Shown piece after piece: positions 28,341-40,103 of a DNA stretch of 64,000 bases. The first letter of the stretch is position 1. Each line of letters starts with the position of its first letter. The notes under the pieces were generated by a model. It was not told where the DNA came from, did no database searches, and was given only the letters and a program-made list of their open reading frames with translations. Made by a program: the position numbers and the translations under genes. This DNA is from Schmidtea polychroa (taxonomy: Eukaryota): contig CM097888.1 of the NCBI GenBank assembly GCA_044892525.1, positions 8,990,001 through 9,054,000 on the forward strand, written 5' to 3'.

Positions 28341-29582
28341 TTAAGAAATAAATTTGTTAATTTTATTTTCAATGGGAATCGAATTCGAAACATTTGGATA
28401 AATAAGATCGACGACCAAAGGATCTCTCAAAATGAAATTTTTAATAATGAATCTAAATCTCAAAATTGCGTAACGAGAAATATTTCGGAAAAATATTCTC
28501 CTCTCCAGTTTCCGATAGACGGAACAATATTTTTTTAACCGTTTTGATATATAGCGACTCGCGGGTGTCTTCGGTCTTTTCCGGTGGAAGAATTTCCTTC
28601 GCTTAGAGAACGGCAATTTGAACAGTAAGGAAATTAGGATGAAAAAGTTGTCGGAATGTGAACTTTGTTTCGGATTAAATGAATCCTTTAATCGATAATA
28701 GTTTCTTAATTTTTCATTGTTTAAATTGTTATTATTGTTTTGAATTGCGACTAACTTCACCAGCCGAGTACGGCCTTTATGGAAAGGATTCACTTTACTG
28801 CTCTTGAAGTTTAAGTTAATTTGTTTATATTTTAAAAGATCAACTACATCTCCGCAAGCATCTGTCCGCCGAGGGAAATATTCGGCAGAAATTCTTTCCT
28901 TTTCTTTATATATATCTTTATCGAAATATCTATTATGATGTTGCCTTATAGAAATCGCTATCGACGGCTTTAGTGAATTACAGAACCACGAAAAAGCTCT
29001 TAATATAGACTGTTTATCTCTACTAATAAACCTATATGCTCGACTATAATTTCCACTTCTCGAATAGAAACAATCGGATATGTCGACCTTTATGTTGAAC
29101 TTACATATCGTTGCATTTGTTATTCGATTCCTGTGTGATCGTGCACTTTCCAACATTAATTGAAACTTTTGCCCACTATTGTACCATCTATGCTTTATGC
29201 AATATTCCAGGAACAAAGCGCGATTCCCGATTTCATAAATTGGTATCCTATGGATCTCGATGAAATCCTGCATTGACATTGTCGTTTCCGGTACCCAAAA
29301 TGTATAATAGTAATAACCGGCTTCAATTTGCATTCCGATTTGATATCTGACCATTATGGAATTGTCAATTGTCATCTGACGATCCACGCCATAATCTTCG
29401 ACGTTTTCAAAATCTTTTTCAGATATTGATGATGTACTCGTAAAAGAATTAGGAGTCGTGGATTCAGCTCTGTCCTGAGATACATTAAATATCATTTCAT
29501 TCACAGAAACCTGGTGGGAATTCTCAGAAGAATCTAGACTACTTGAAGATATTCTTATAGGCTTGTAAAAGCACGAGCCCAT
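28341..29582 (-). CDS. Intronless 413-aa hypothetical protein with N-terminal MGSC acylation-like motif and a very basic C-terminus
   Basis: An uninterrupted 1.24-kb ORF in roughly 70% AT DNA is unlikely by chance. It starts gccATGG. No family is confidently recognised. Confidence 0.75.
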   Translation of the reverse strand: MGSCFYKPIRISSSSLDSSENSHQVSVNEMIFNVSQDRAESTTPNSFTSTSSISEKDFENVEDYGVDRQMTIDNSIMVRYQIGMQIEAGYYYYTFWVPETTMSMQDFIEIHRIPIYEIGNRALFLEYCIKHRWYNSGQKFQLMLESARSHRNRITNATICKFNIKVDISDCFYSRSGNYSRAYRFISRDKQSILRAFSWFCNSLKPSIAISIRQHHNRYFDKDIYKEKERISAEYFPRRTDACGDVVDLLKYKQINLNFKSSKVNPFHKGRTRLVKLVAIQNNNNNLNNEKLRNYYRLKDSFNPKQSSHSDNFFILISLLFKLPFSKRRKFFHRKRPKTPASRYISKRLKKYCSVYRKLERRIFFRNISRYAILRFRFIIKNFILRDPLVVDLIYPNVSNSIPIENKINKFIS

Positions 29583-31302
29583 GGCATTATAAGCATAAAA
29601 TAGACATTAAAAGGCGCATATATTCATTTGATTCTATTAACATTTATTACAAAATGCTGAAAGATTTTATACATTTTCAATCAATATTATCAAAATGTTT
29701 ATTATAATAAATAATTTTTATAGTTGTTCATGATTCAATTTTCTGACAATATCGTAAACTCTAAATGACGGGGGGAGGGGGTTAGGTTTATGTATAAAGC
29801 GTATGTATAAGGAAACTCACTTTTGGGGATATCCATTCTATAAAACCAAAAATACAATTGTCTGTCTGTTAAAGTAAATCTTCCCAAATAGTGAACAGTG
29901 GCAGTCACATTTGTACATGACATTATCACAGGCTAGAATTTTACAGTTGAGTTCTTCTCTTTAATTGTCAGCTGTATTTTAGAATGTGAAAAGTAAAGGA
30001 TCTCTAAACATTTTCAACATTGCTGATGATCAACAAGAGATTAAACATTGTATTTAGCCAAATATTGGAATAAATTTGTAATAATGCGATGATTAAAATT
30101 AAATATTATGAATAAATAATGAGTTTGAATCTGTCCCAGGCAAAGTCGAACAATAATGCTAGTTATACAAAATAAGGGATTATCCCATAAAAATGAATAG
30201 CTGTTTTGACATTCTAATTACTGAAATATTTTGTTAACATTTATAATGAATTAATTAAGTAAATTATAATATTTTGAGGCTCTTAGTGAATTTCAAAATT
30301 AAAAATCATTGATTTAACTCCAAAGCGTGCCTAGGTTAATAACAATAACAATATAAACTTTTATTGATCAACACAATTGATTACCAATTTATAGCAACAC
30401 CAATAATTCAACATTACAACTTTGAGCGCTTATTGAAACCCTTCAGGAGAAATAGCATGTTTGTAACACAACTCGGAATTCACAACGACTTAACTACTGT
30501 TTCTGTTCCTTTGAAATTACTTAATACTCGCAATTAAATAGTTTAATAATTTTTTCGAATTTCTTTTTTGACCTGACAACATTTTTATCCAATAATTCCA
30601 TATTTCACTTTGTAACCGCATTCGCGTATCTGTTTTCTCGTCCGTCTGTTTCTTTTTAAAATTGTGCTTGACTTTTCTTTACGGATTAATGTCTCCTTTT
30701 CTTCTTTTACATATTATTTCAACTTAAAAATTTTAAAAAATGTTATTTTTTTGACGTTACAGGTGAAAAATTTATTATTTTGGACAATTTATCGATATAA
30801 TTCCATTCTTCAATTTGTTTTTTTTGTTTCTCGGTCCTAATTTACACTTATTGATTAAGAACGACATTTTCATATTTCATTGTTTAATTTTATTGACTTT
30901 GTTATTTTCCTCTATTTCTTAATGTATTTTTCGCACTTTTATTCCTCAGCATTCTGAAACAACCCATTCTCCATTTCATACATTTCTCCATTGATTACTT
31001 TATTCATTTAATAATTATTTTATTTTATTATTTAGTTATCCTCCAAAATAATTAGTAAATGTTTTGATGCAATGACAACATTACAGTTTAATGCAACTGA
31101 ATCCAAATTAATTAATCATTATCTGTTATAAAAATAATTAAAAACATTAGCGATTTTATTATAGGAACAGGACGCAGGTCAAAGTTCATATGTCGCGCAT
31201 ATTTGAATAATATGTCCAAAGGTCACCCATTCATTTCAATCATACCAATGTTTATGTACAAATTTATATATAATTGAAGATTTGCTACAGATTTTATGAA
31301 AT

Positions 31303-33947
31303 ATGCTTTGGAACATTTTTATTATTTCACTTGCGGTGTCAAGTAAAATGAATTTGTTTTTTTTTCATTTTGAAAATCTTTTTTTATAAAACAGGTTTTA
31401 AAGTCAAGACTGAAAATTTGAATAATCAGCAAAAGCCTTCCGTTCTGATTATAGGTTTATAATTGGTCTTTGAGTATTATATGGAATTATATATAATTTA
31501 GGATCATCAGTACCAGCTCTAACTGCGGCTTTAGAACTCACGGATCGCAATATTTCGGTCACTCTTTTGTATTCTACCAATGAAATTGACAACCAAATAT
31601 CTCCTACAACGACTTCAGTAAAAAATGTCATCTATCGGTTACCTANNNNNNNNNNNNNNNNNNNNNNNNNNNNNNNNNNNNNNNNNNNNNNNNNNNNNNN
31701 NNNNNNNNNNNNNNNNNNNNNNNNNNNNNNNNNNNNNNNNNNNNNNNNNNNNNNNNNNNNNNNNNNNNNNNNNNNNNNNNNNNNNNNNNNNNNNNNNNNN
31801 NNNNNNNNNNNNNNNNNNNNNNNNNNNNNNNNNNNNNNNNNNNNNNNNNNNNNNNNNNNNNNNNNNNNNNNNNNNNNNNNNNNNNNNNNNNNNNNNNNNN
31901 NNNNNNNNNNNNNNNNAATAAACTTATATTTGCTTTTTCAAAGTTTCTATCGTTTATGAACAGTTGCAAAGCAATTCTCGTAAATATATTTTGAATTAAC
32001 CTAATATCTCATATATATATAAATATATAAATTTTTATTTTAAATTAGCAATTTTCGAAGGATCTGATTATACGAAGAAGTTATTTTCAAGATTTGGAAA
32101 TACGTTTTCTGTTCTAAACAAAATAGACCTACTGCTCAACAACAACAAGATTTTATCCATTTCGTCAAACGAATATGTAATGAGTAAGTTGAAATTGATT
32201 TAAATAATTTAATTAAAAATTTTTAAATATATTCTTTTAATCATTCCATTTTTGGCTAACTCGTAATATAAATTGAAAATTTAGGCGAATATTTTTAAAC
32301 AAATACAAATAAAATAATTAAATTATTAAAATATATCTTTCTAAATCAACCATATTTTACATAATAAAAAATTTAATTAAGTACATATATTAAAACAAAT
32401 AAAAATAATTAAATAAATAATAAAATTATTATAAATCTCCAAACAATTTTTTAAGAAAAATATTAATCTAAATTTAACAATTGCAAATTATTTCCGAATT
32501 CTCTACATTTCTTTTCTTTTTTCTTTTTTTAATTCCATTAGAATTTCAATTACTTCATGGTCGTTCGTTTTAAGTGTTCGCTCTTCAGATTCAAAGTGAA
32601 AATTACAAATGAATATTACAATAATATTACCAATTTCCCACTGAATTGTAATATAAATATAACTTTCTAATTAAAATGTTATACAATAATTTTTTATGTA
32701 GCTTTGGTCTTCAATGCATGGAAAACCGGATGCATTAGTTTTAAAAGTGTAACTGAAATCCATAAGGTAATTTCTGCAATCAAATGGTACAATCCGGTCA
32801 GTGACAAATTGATGTAAATGTTTAATTAACCCACTAAAAATCTGTACATAATGCTTTTCAGGTATTCCAACATTACGCTTGAGGAATTCGGAAAATTGAT
32901 AGGAGCACCTTCCGATTTCATGTCATGTTTCTTCAAATGGGCAATGACGGATCTCGGTTCACAAGTGGAAACTATCAATGCTGCTGATGCCATTTCTAGA
33001 ATGCAATTTTATTATGTAAATACAAAGAATGGATTAAGATCCTATCATGTTCGAAATCCGTATACTTCGAAAAATAATTCCAAACTTCTCGTTGATCAAA
33101 TAATTTCTCAATTGAAATTGAAAAATACAANNNNNNNNNNNNNNNNNNNNNNNNNNNNNNNNNNNNNNNNNNNNNNNNNNNNNNNNNNNNNNNNNNNNNN
33201 NNNNNNNNNNNNNNNNNNNNNNNNNNNNNNNNNNNNNNNNNNNNNNNNNNNNNNNNNNNNNNNNTAAGCCTTTTGCTGTAAATAATATATTTAATAGAAA
33301 TGAAAAATTTTCGATTATAAGATAGCTCTTGTCAATTTCTTAGATTTATTTTCTATTTTGAAAATGCCTTTTGATCTTCTCTTTTATTTCCTCTTTCTTA
33401 AAAATAATAATAAACTTTTTTTCTAAGGAATTAAAAATTAAATTTTTTTTTAATTAAATATACTCTAAAATTCAAATCGAAACACTAACAATTTTTAAAA
33501 ATTTTAAAGCTTCTATAATTACCTCATATAAACCTCTTTTAATAAATAATATCTTAAAATATTTATGAAATATAATTTCCAATTTAAATATTTTAAAAAA
33601 TGTTTCTATTTTGATTATTATTCCTAATGATCTTTTAAAAGTATATTTCCTTAAAATTTGATCTATTTTTCTATTTTATTTTAAATTATTATTTCTTAAA
33701 TCGATGTCTTTGATATATTTATTGATTTATAGTCTCCAAGCTCTTTTTAATAAATTCAATGGAAAAAAATCAGTGGTGAAATTGGAAAAAAAATTTCTTA
33801 TAATATTATTATTTTTTAATTTATTTTTTATTTTTAAAAGCTATTCTCAAGGTCAATAATGAAACTGATGATTTCATTGATCTCTTCTTTAGTGTTGAAT
33901 GTTGGCCGTCTGTTTATGATGAGAATGGCATCACTTTATAATAATAA

Positions 33948-34017
<70 letters not shown>

Positions 34018-37000
34018 TAGTAAAATAAAATGAAAATGATAAGTAAAAATAATATAAAGAAATTTAAAAAAGAAAATAAAGAATATGAAGAAAATTATCG
34101 GGAGTATGAAATCAACAAATTATATTGTAAATTTAAAATAATTTACATTGATAGGGAACATAAATAAAAGTAAAGAATACCTAAAATTAAATAACTCGAA
34201 GGTCAATTTCGATTAGCTAGTACATCTGGATTGAATGGCAGGCCATGGTCAACAAGACAAAATTATTTTCAGTTGTTGCGATCAATTTCCTGATTATCTT
34301 CACAGTGGACATTGATCGAAATTCTTAATGAAAAGGATAAAAAATAGAAAAGAGTGAGCGGGGAATTAGTTTAATTATAGCGATGGGAAGTGATACTAAG
34401 ACAGCCACTATCGAAGTCTGCTTGGAGTAATTATAACTCAATTAAACAATTGTAATTGCCCAAAGTAAATGAAATAGAGATTTTTCCCTATCAATTTTAG
34501 TATCAATATATTTCATGTATTGTTGGAAGTGAACCGTTATAGAGAGTATGAAATAAGTCAGAATATTAATTAACAAAAACAATTACTGACTTAGTTAATT
34601 CAACGAAAGAAAAAGAAAGGATTGAATTATGTTCAATCGTCATACGTTTTGTTTCAAGGAAAGTTGATAAGCTTAACTGATTATATTTGTTAATGAAGGT
34701 TGTAAGGAGAATATTTGAATCCGGTTTGTTGGTTGTTGAGAGGAGAATTTGATATTGATATTGTTGCTATATTAAAAAAACGGGTAGGACCTGATTATGG
34801 TAATAATCCTACAAAATTTCTTGATTAATTTAACAATTATAGCAAATATTCAATCGAATTGACCATTTCCAACATTATAAAACTCGTATGAAATTCATAA
34901 CTTTCTATGATGATATTTCATCGATTTAAACAATTAAATTATTTTTATCGCAAAAATTAAAAAAAAATTATTTTGGTTTAATATATAAATTTTGGAATAT
35001 AATATAAATATTTTTCATTAACAATCTTTATATTTTAATTCTAGATTTAAGCCGAATTATACATTGGAAGCGTTTTATGTTGATTCAGCCACCGGTAAGA
35101 TTCTGGGAGACATCAACAACAGAACCGTTCACTACGACTACATTATATTGGCAGACAACCTTGAAGAATCTCGGCGTATTTTATCCACCACTAAATCCTA
35201 CAATAGTGGAGATCCTAAAATATTTCTTCCATTGAAAAAAGCGCTCGACTCCATGAACCAATATTCAAATGCCTCGAATAATTTAGTAAGTAAATAGTTA
35301 ATTAAAGTTAAAAGAAAAATGTTTCTACTTTTTAGAGCATGAAATTATGGTTTTCTCACATAGATGGTGAAACCGAAAACCCGATATTAGAGATCACCAA
35401 TAGCCCTTATCCTTACAGCATCCAGTCAATACGACAAATTCATAAATTATCTGGAAGCGGAAACAATGGAACTATTTTAGAACTTATCGTTACCGGATGT
35501 ACTTCCACATCAAATGTCAATTGGTATAAGGTAATTTGTTTATTTATCTTTTGTAATCCTATTTTTTGGATAACACATTNNNNNNNNNNNNNNNNNNNNN
35601 NNNNNNNNNNNNNNNNNNNNNNNNNNNNNNNNNNNNNNNNNNNNNNNNNNNNNNNNNNNNNNNNNNNNNNNNNNNNNNNNNNNNNNNNNNNNNNNNNNNN
35701 NNNNNNNNNNNNNNNNNNNNNNNNNNNNNNNNNNNNNNNNNNNNNNNNNNNNNNNNNNNNNNNNNNNNNNNNNNNNNNNNNNNNNNNNNNNNNNNNNNNN
35801 NNNNNNNNNNNNNNNNNNNNNNNNNNNNNNNNNNNNNNNNNNNNNNNNNNNNNNNNNNNNNNNNNNNNNNNNNNNNNNNNNNNNNNNNNNNNNNNNNNNN
35901 NNNNNNNNNNNNNNNNNNNNNNNNNNNNNNNNNNNNNNNNNTGTTATGTTTCTTTACTTTTTCTTCTTTTTGCGGCACCGATTGTATCACTTAATTTTTT
36001 ACTATTTTACTAGTTTAAATTAATACATATTTATAAATTAATTACCTTTTGTTAACCTGAAATTAAATATAGAATAATCAAATATTATATTTATATATTT
36101 TATTTAAACAATACATTAATACTCTGTCACGTAAATAAATGAGATTGGATAGCTTGTTAGCAAGAAATTTGTTGATTAAATAAATAGGACACTAGTAATT
36201 CAGAAAAATAAGAAATGAAAAGTTGACTTAATAAAACAGAAACTTTAATTTATGGAATTGAAAATGAGAACTTACACTTAAAAATTAATTTTTGAAATTG
36301 AAAACGCAACAAATTTTAACATTTGGCTAATTCTGTCAAATTCATACACAAACACAAAGTTATCATTATTAATTAAACAATATCAATATAGCCCTCGAAT
36401 TCATATAAAAGAAGCAAACTACGCTCTAGTACAGCGACGGCGAGCCTATGACCCACACAACGAATTCAAACGATGCACAAGTTGTTTTGGTTTTTAATTA
36501 TAAAATAATAATCATGTGAATTTGTTCGAATATATATCTAATTAATATATAATAAATGAAATCATATTATATTTACATGAATTTTTGTTAAGTTTTTAAT
36601 AACTAAAATAATACTTGACCCGTAGGTTGATATTTCAAAAAATAAATTCAATTGTGACTCCCTTGTCAAAAAAGCCATCGCTGCTATAGTGCAAAAATAT
36701 TTGAAAAATATTATTTGAATATGAATGATGATATTTTTTAATATTAGTTTTACATTTGTGAGAATAGAAACAGAAATTAATACAATCGTGATAATTTTGC
36801 ACATAAAATGATTACAGAAATAAAGGTATACCACAGAGTTTGTAAATAACGTACGTATCAAGGCAATAACGCAATGAAAATTAAACACACTTTTTCCAGA
36901 ATATCTTATCTGCATCGCGTTGCCAAAAGAAAATAAATAATTAGATTAATTAAGCCATTCAGAAAGTTATTATTAATTACTTATGTTTTATATGAAATTA

Positions 37001-38319
37001 AATTTTTAACTAAATTCAGAAACAAGTTCCATTTTTACCCAACATAATACAAATCACATGAGATTATGTAAACATCCAGGAGACAATGTCGTCAAAATAA
37101 CTTAAAAATATACACATCCGTATTATAAATAATATACAAAATAACATCAAGTGAATAATTGCATATTAATAAATTTATATTTCAATAACAAAATCTATTT
37201 CATTAACTTATTGTATTTCGGGAAATCAACCAATGATATCATTAGTTATCGCCGGTCTTTTTAATTTTAAGTTTCGAAATTCTATAACACAAATATTTCC
37301 TTCCCATTCAAATGACCTGATAGCACAATAAAATTTTTTATAAAGGATTCGGTTACTATGTCTTTATCCTTTCGATCAGATGAAGCAGCGCTACCACCGC
37401 TCAAATTACAAGCTGAATTTGTAGGTTTTTAGAATGAAGATTTCTTATAATAATTTACTTGTTCTAATTCTTCCTATTTTTTTACTGCTTTTATCGATCA
37501 AAATATATTATAAAAAAATATTTATTAATTAATTGTGTTGGAATAAATTAATCGTTGATTTATACTTTATATTCTACAATAATTGATCTAAATAAAACAA
37601 GTCCTAATATGGTTAATAAACAGCAAAAGAGCTCAATATGCAATTTTTTCCAAATTACTATCTAAAAGTACACAACATTTTTTTACAGAAAAGAAATGTG
37701 ATGAAATAAATTAAGCTTCTTCAAAGGATTTTCAAAATCACTTGAAAAAGGCTGTTCCGAAAATTATGAATATCAAAAAAAACATCGATATATTTACTGA
37801 TTCTTAGTAAATGTTTTAATTAATATAATGCCAATTAATCATTAAGTAATCATTAATTAATCATCGACCCTTACAAGGCTTATAATATGTTTCTATTTTC
37901 TTCAACTAGCTCCTTCAATTCAAAAAATGTTTTTAATCATATCTGAGATCTTTAAAGTGCAGACATCAAATAAAAAGTTAAAGATCTATATTGCCAAAAG
38001 GTTTCCTTATAAAATGCTGTTAAAGAAATTTATATTTTAGATCATAACAGAATTAAAAAATATATTTCCTGAAATGGGAAACTACGATTTAGAACGCTAT
38101 AGATATGATCCGATTGATTTGGGAGTTTCCATGGATAAAAAATATGGAAATAACAGATTGTCGACTTCAAGCATCATCAAATTTGGAATACCTAATCTCA
38201 TCCTTGGCGGAGACTGGGTGGACATAGGCGACTCTATTGCGAATGATTTAGAAAAGTCAATTATCATAGGAACTAAAGCCGCTAATGATGTTGTCAAATA
38301 TTTAACTTATAAACATTAG
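31303..38319 (+). CDS. Secreted flavoprotein-fold protein, CrtU (carotenoid phi-ring/isorenieratene synthase)/amine-oxidase-like; exons 31303-31342, 31395-31454, 31502-(gap), 32049-32183, 32702-32813, 32862-(gap), 35045-35285, 35336-35530, 38041-38319
   Basis: Phase-consistent GT-AG introns of 52, 47, 48 and 50 nt plus larger ones. Motifs occur in the CrtU/ZDS order: SVLIIGSSVPALTAALELTDRNISVTLLY (Rossmann beta-alpha-beta), NAADAISRMQFYYVNTKNGL, YDYIILADNLEESRRIL, MKLWFS...GTILELIV, IITELKNIFPEM, IPNLILGGDWV...LEKSIIIGTKAANDVV. The N-terminus MLWNIFIISLAVSSFKVKT is signal-peptide-like. Two exon ends fall in N-gaps. Confidence 0.8.
33952..34012. repeat. (TA)n microsatellite
   Basis: About 30 TA units read directly. 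Confidence 0.98.
34200..34800 (+). mobile_element. Highly decayed hAT transposase relic inside an intron of the CrtU-like gene
   Basis: The fragment ELCSIVIRFVSRK resembles the hAT E.LSI.vRyV motif. The region has many stops. Confidence 0.3.
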
Positions 38320-38596
38320 GATACCTTTGACACTCGGTAATCTTGAACTGCTAAAAATTATATTATTCGTCATAATTGTGATTTTAAATAATAATGTAAA
38401 ATATAAAAAGGATTTCTACAAAAAAATATTTTCTGAAAGTTTAATTAATTATTTATTGCATTTTTCATTTCCCGTGCTGATTGAAAATGAAAACAAAAAA
38501 TTGAATATAGATAAAATCAGGCCTGGCGTGAGGCGGGTACGATGCGTGAAATTGTACAGAAATTTGTTATTTTCATAACAATTTCCATTCTATTGT

Positions 38597-38804
38597 TTAA
38601 TAACTAGTCCAATTAGAACAATATTGTTCCATCTGTGAAGAATATTTTTGTTTTGTATGCATTTATCGTTTTTTTTACTCTTATTATGGAATGCAAAGGC
38701 GGTAATATGCAATTTTCACACATCATCTGAAACTCTAGCGCCGGTGCTGGATAAAATAGTTCATTCGAACGTTGATTAAGATCGAAACTAATGAACTTTC
38801 GGTT
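38597..38804 (-). other. Candidate terminal exon pair of an unidentified gene (38804-38679; 38632-38597)
   Basis: A phase-0 126-nt exon (NRKFISFDLNQRSNELFYPAPALEFQMMCENCILPPLHSIIR), a canonical 46-nt GT-AG intron, then MEQYCSNWTSY*. Upstream exons may lie in the gap at 39151-39452. Confidence 0.35.
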
Positions 38805-39559
38805 CTACACTTATCAAATTTAGATATGAAATTATATTCAAAAATTTCCATTATTAATCCAAAAAAAATTTCAACTCCAGCAATTCGAATATTCAAACGC
38901 ATTTCAATATATAAACAAACCATAATATAAAAAACTAAATATTTTGAAATATAAAATTAAAAAAATACAAATAAATTCTAAATTTTTATAAATTACTGAA
39001 GTAACTTTTCGTTATCGAGACACTATTTTAATTTACACTATATTAATTTACTTTAATTTATTATGAAAAACCGTTTTTATGTTTTGTTATTAAAATAAAA
39101 ACGGTTTTTCATAATAAAATTAGTGTCTCGGAAACGAAAAAGTTAAACTANNNNNNNNNNNNNNNNNNNNNNNNNNNNNNNNNNNNNNNNNNNNNNNNNN
39201 NNNNNNNNNNNNNNNNNNNNNNNNNNNNNNNNNNNNNNNNNNNNNNNNNNNNNNNNNNNNNNNNNNNNNNNNNNNNNNNNNNNNNNNNNNNNNNNNNNNN
39301 NNNNNNNNNNNNNNNNNNNNNNNNNNNNNNNNNNNNNNNNNNNNNNNNNNNNNNNNNNNNNNNNNNNNNNNNNNNNNNNNNNNNNNNNNNNNNNNNNNNN
39401 NNNNNNNNNNNNNNNNNNNNNNNNNNNNNNNNNNNNNNNNNNNNNNNNNNNNCAATAAAATGATAAAATAAATACAGCACATTTAATATTATTAATGATT
39501 TCAATAATAATAATATTTTTAAAGATCATAAAAATAATAAGTAACTAAACAAATAAAAT

Positions 39560-40103
39560 TTATTGAATGTTACGATACAGTTTGTAGCACAAAATAATAA
39601 GTCCGAATCCTAACGATAGTTTGATTATTTTCTTCATTGTCGCAGCTTTTTCTTTGGTTGTTGTAAAATGTTTTTGGATTGCAAATAGCTCGTCCCATCC
39701 ACAATTAGATTGGACCCATGGTAAAACCTTATATTCAATAATCTGTAAAAAATAATATTAATAATAATTAAAAGATAAATAAATAAAATACTTCTACAGA
39801 CCATTGAAAGAAATTTTCAAAATCCGAGCCTGATTGCAATATGATGTTCTTCATGTAAGCAAAGCCTAATATCACTCGGCTCCATTTTATTTTATTATCG
39901 AAAAGGATTTGGAACACTTGTTGGTAACATTTTCTTTTCTCTTCAAGCGAGCTTAATTTCAAAATGGTCATGATATCGAGCTGGTCTTTTGATAAGGCCT
40001 CGACATTTTTCACCAGCAACTACAAGTTCTTGACGACTTCGCAGCTTTCTTCGTTGGAAATTAATCCATTTAATAAAACGATTGAAAAATTAGTTTGATT
40101 CAT
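39560..40103 (-). pseudogene. Bcl-2 family gene (BH1, BH2, C-terminal TM), 2 exons (40103-39792, 39742-39560), with one in-frame TAG at 40022-40020
   Basis: BH1-like YQQVFQILFDNKIKWSRVILGFAY; BH2-like VLPWVQSNCGWDELF; tail anchor IIKLSLGFGLIILCYKLYRNIQ*. The 49-nt GT-AG intron is phase 0. The product would be 164 aa if codon 28 (TAG) were a sense codon. Confidence 0.85.

Noticed and set aside
28341-29582. Fanzor/TnpB identity for the 413-aa ORF, given nearby IS630/Tc1 elements
   Set aside because: There is no RuvC D-E-D motif set and no CxxC zinc finger, and the ORF is not enclosed by TIRs.
32555-32640. THAP-like ICNFHFES on the minus strand
   Set aside because: It is too short and has no upstream C2 pair in frame. 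The adjacent sequence is better explained as plus-strand exon 5 of the CrtU-like gene.
36562-36915. 117-aa ORF with faint hAT-like words (FHCVI, CTIAAMA)
   Set aside because: Too degenerate to call. At best an ancient hAT fragment in an intron.
40020-40022. Alternative nuclear genetic code (TAG as sense) to explain the Bcl-2 stop
   Set aside because: TAG terminates the CrtU-like gene right after its conserved C-terminal motif, and long ORFs in the window contain no other in-frame TAG.
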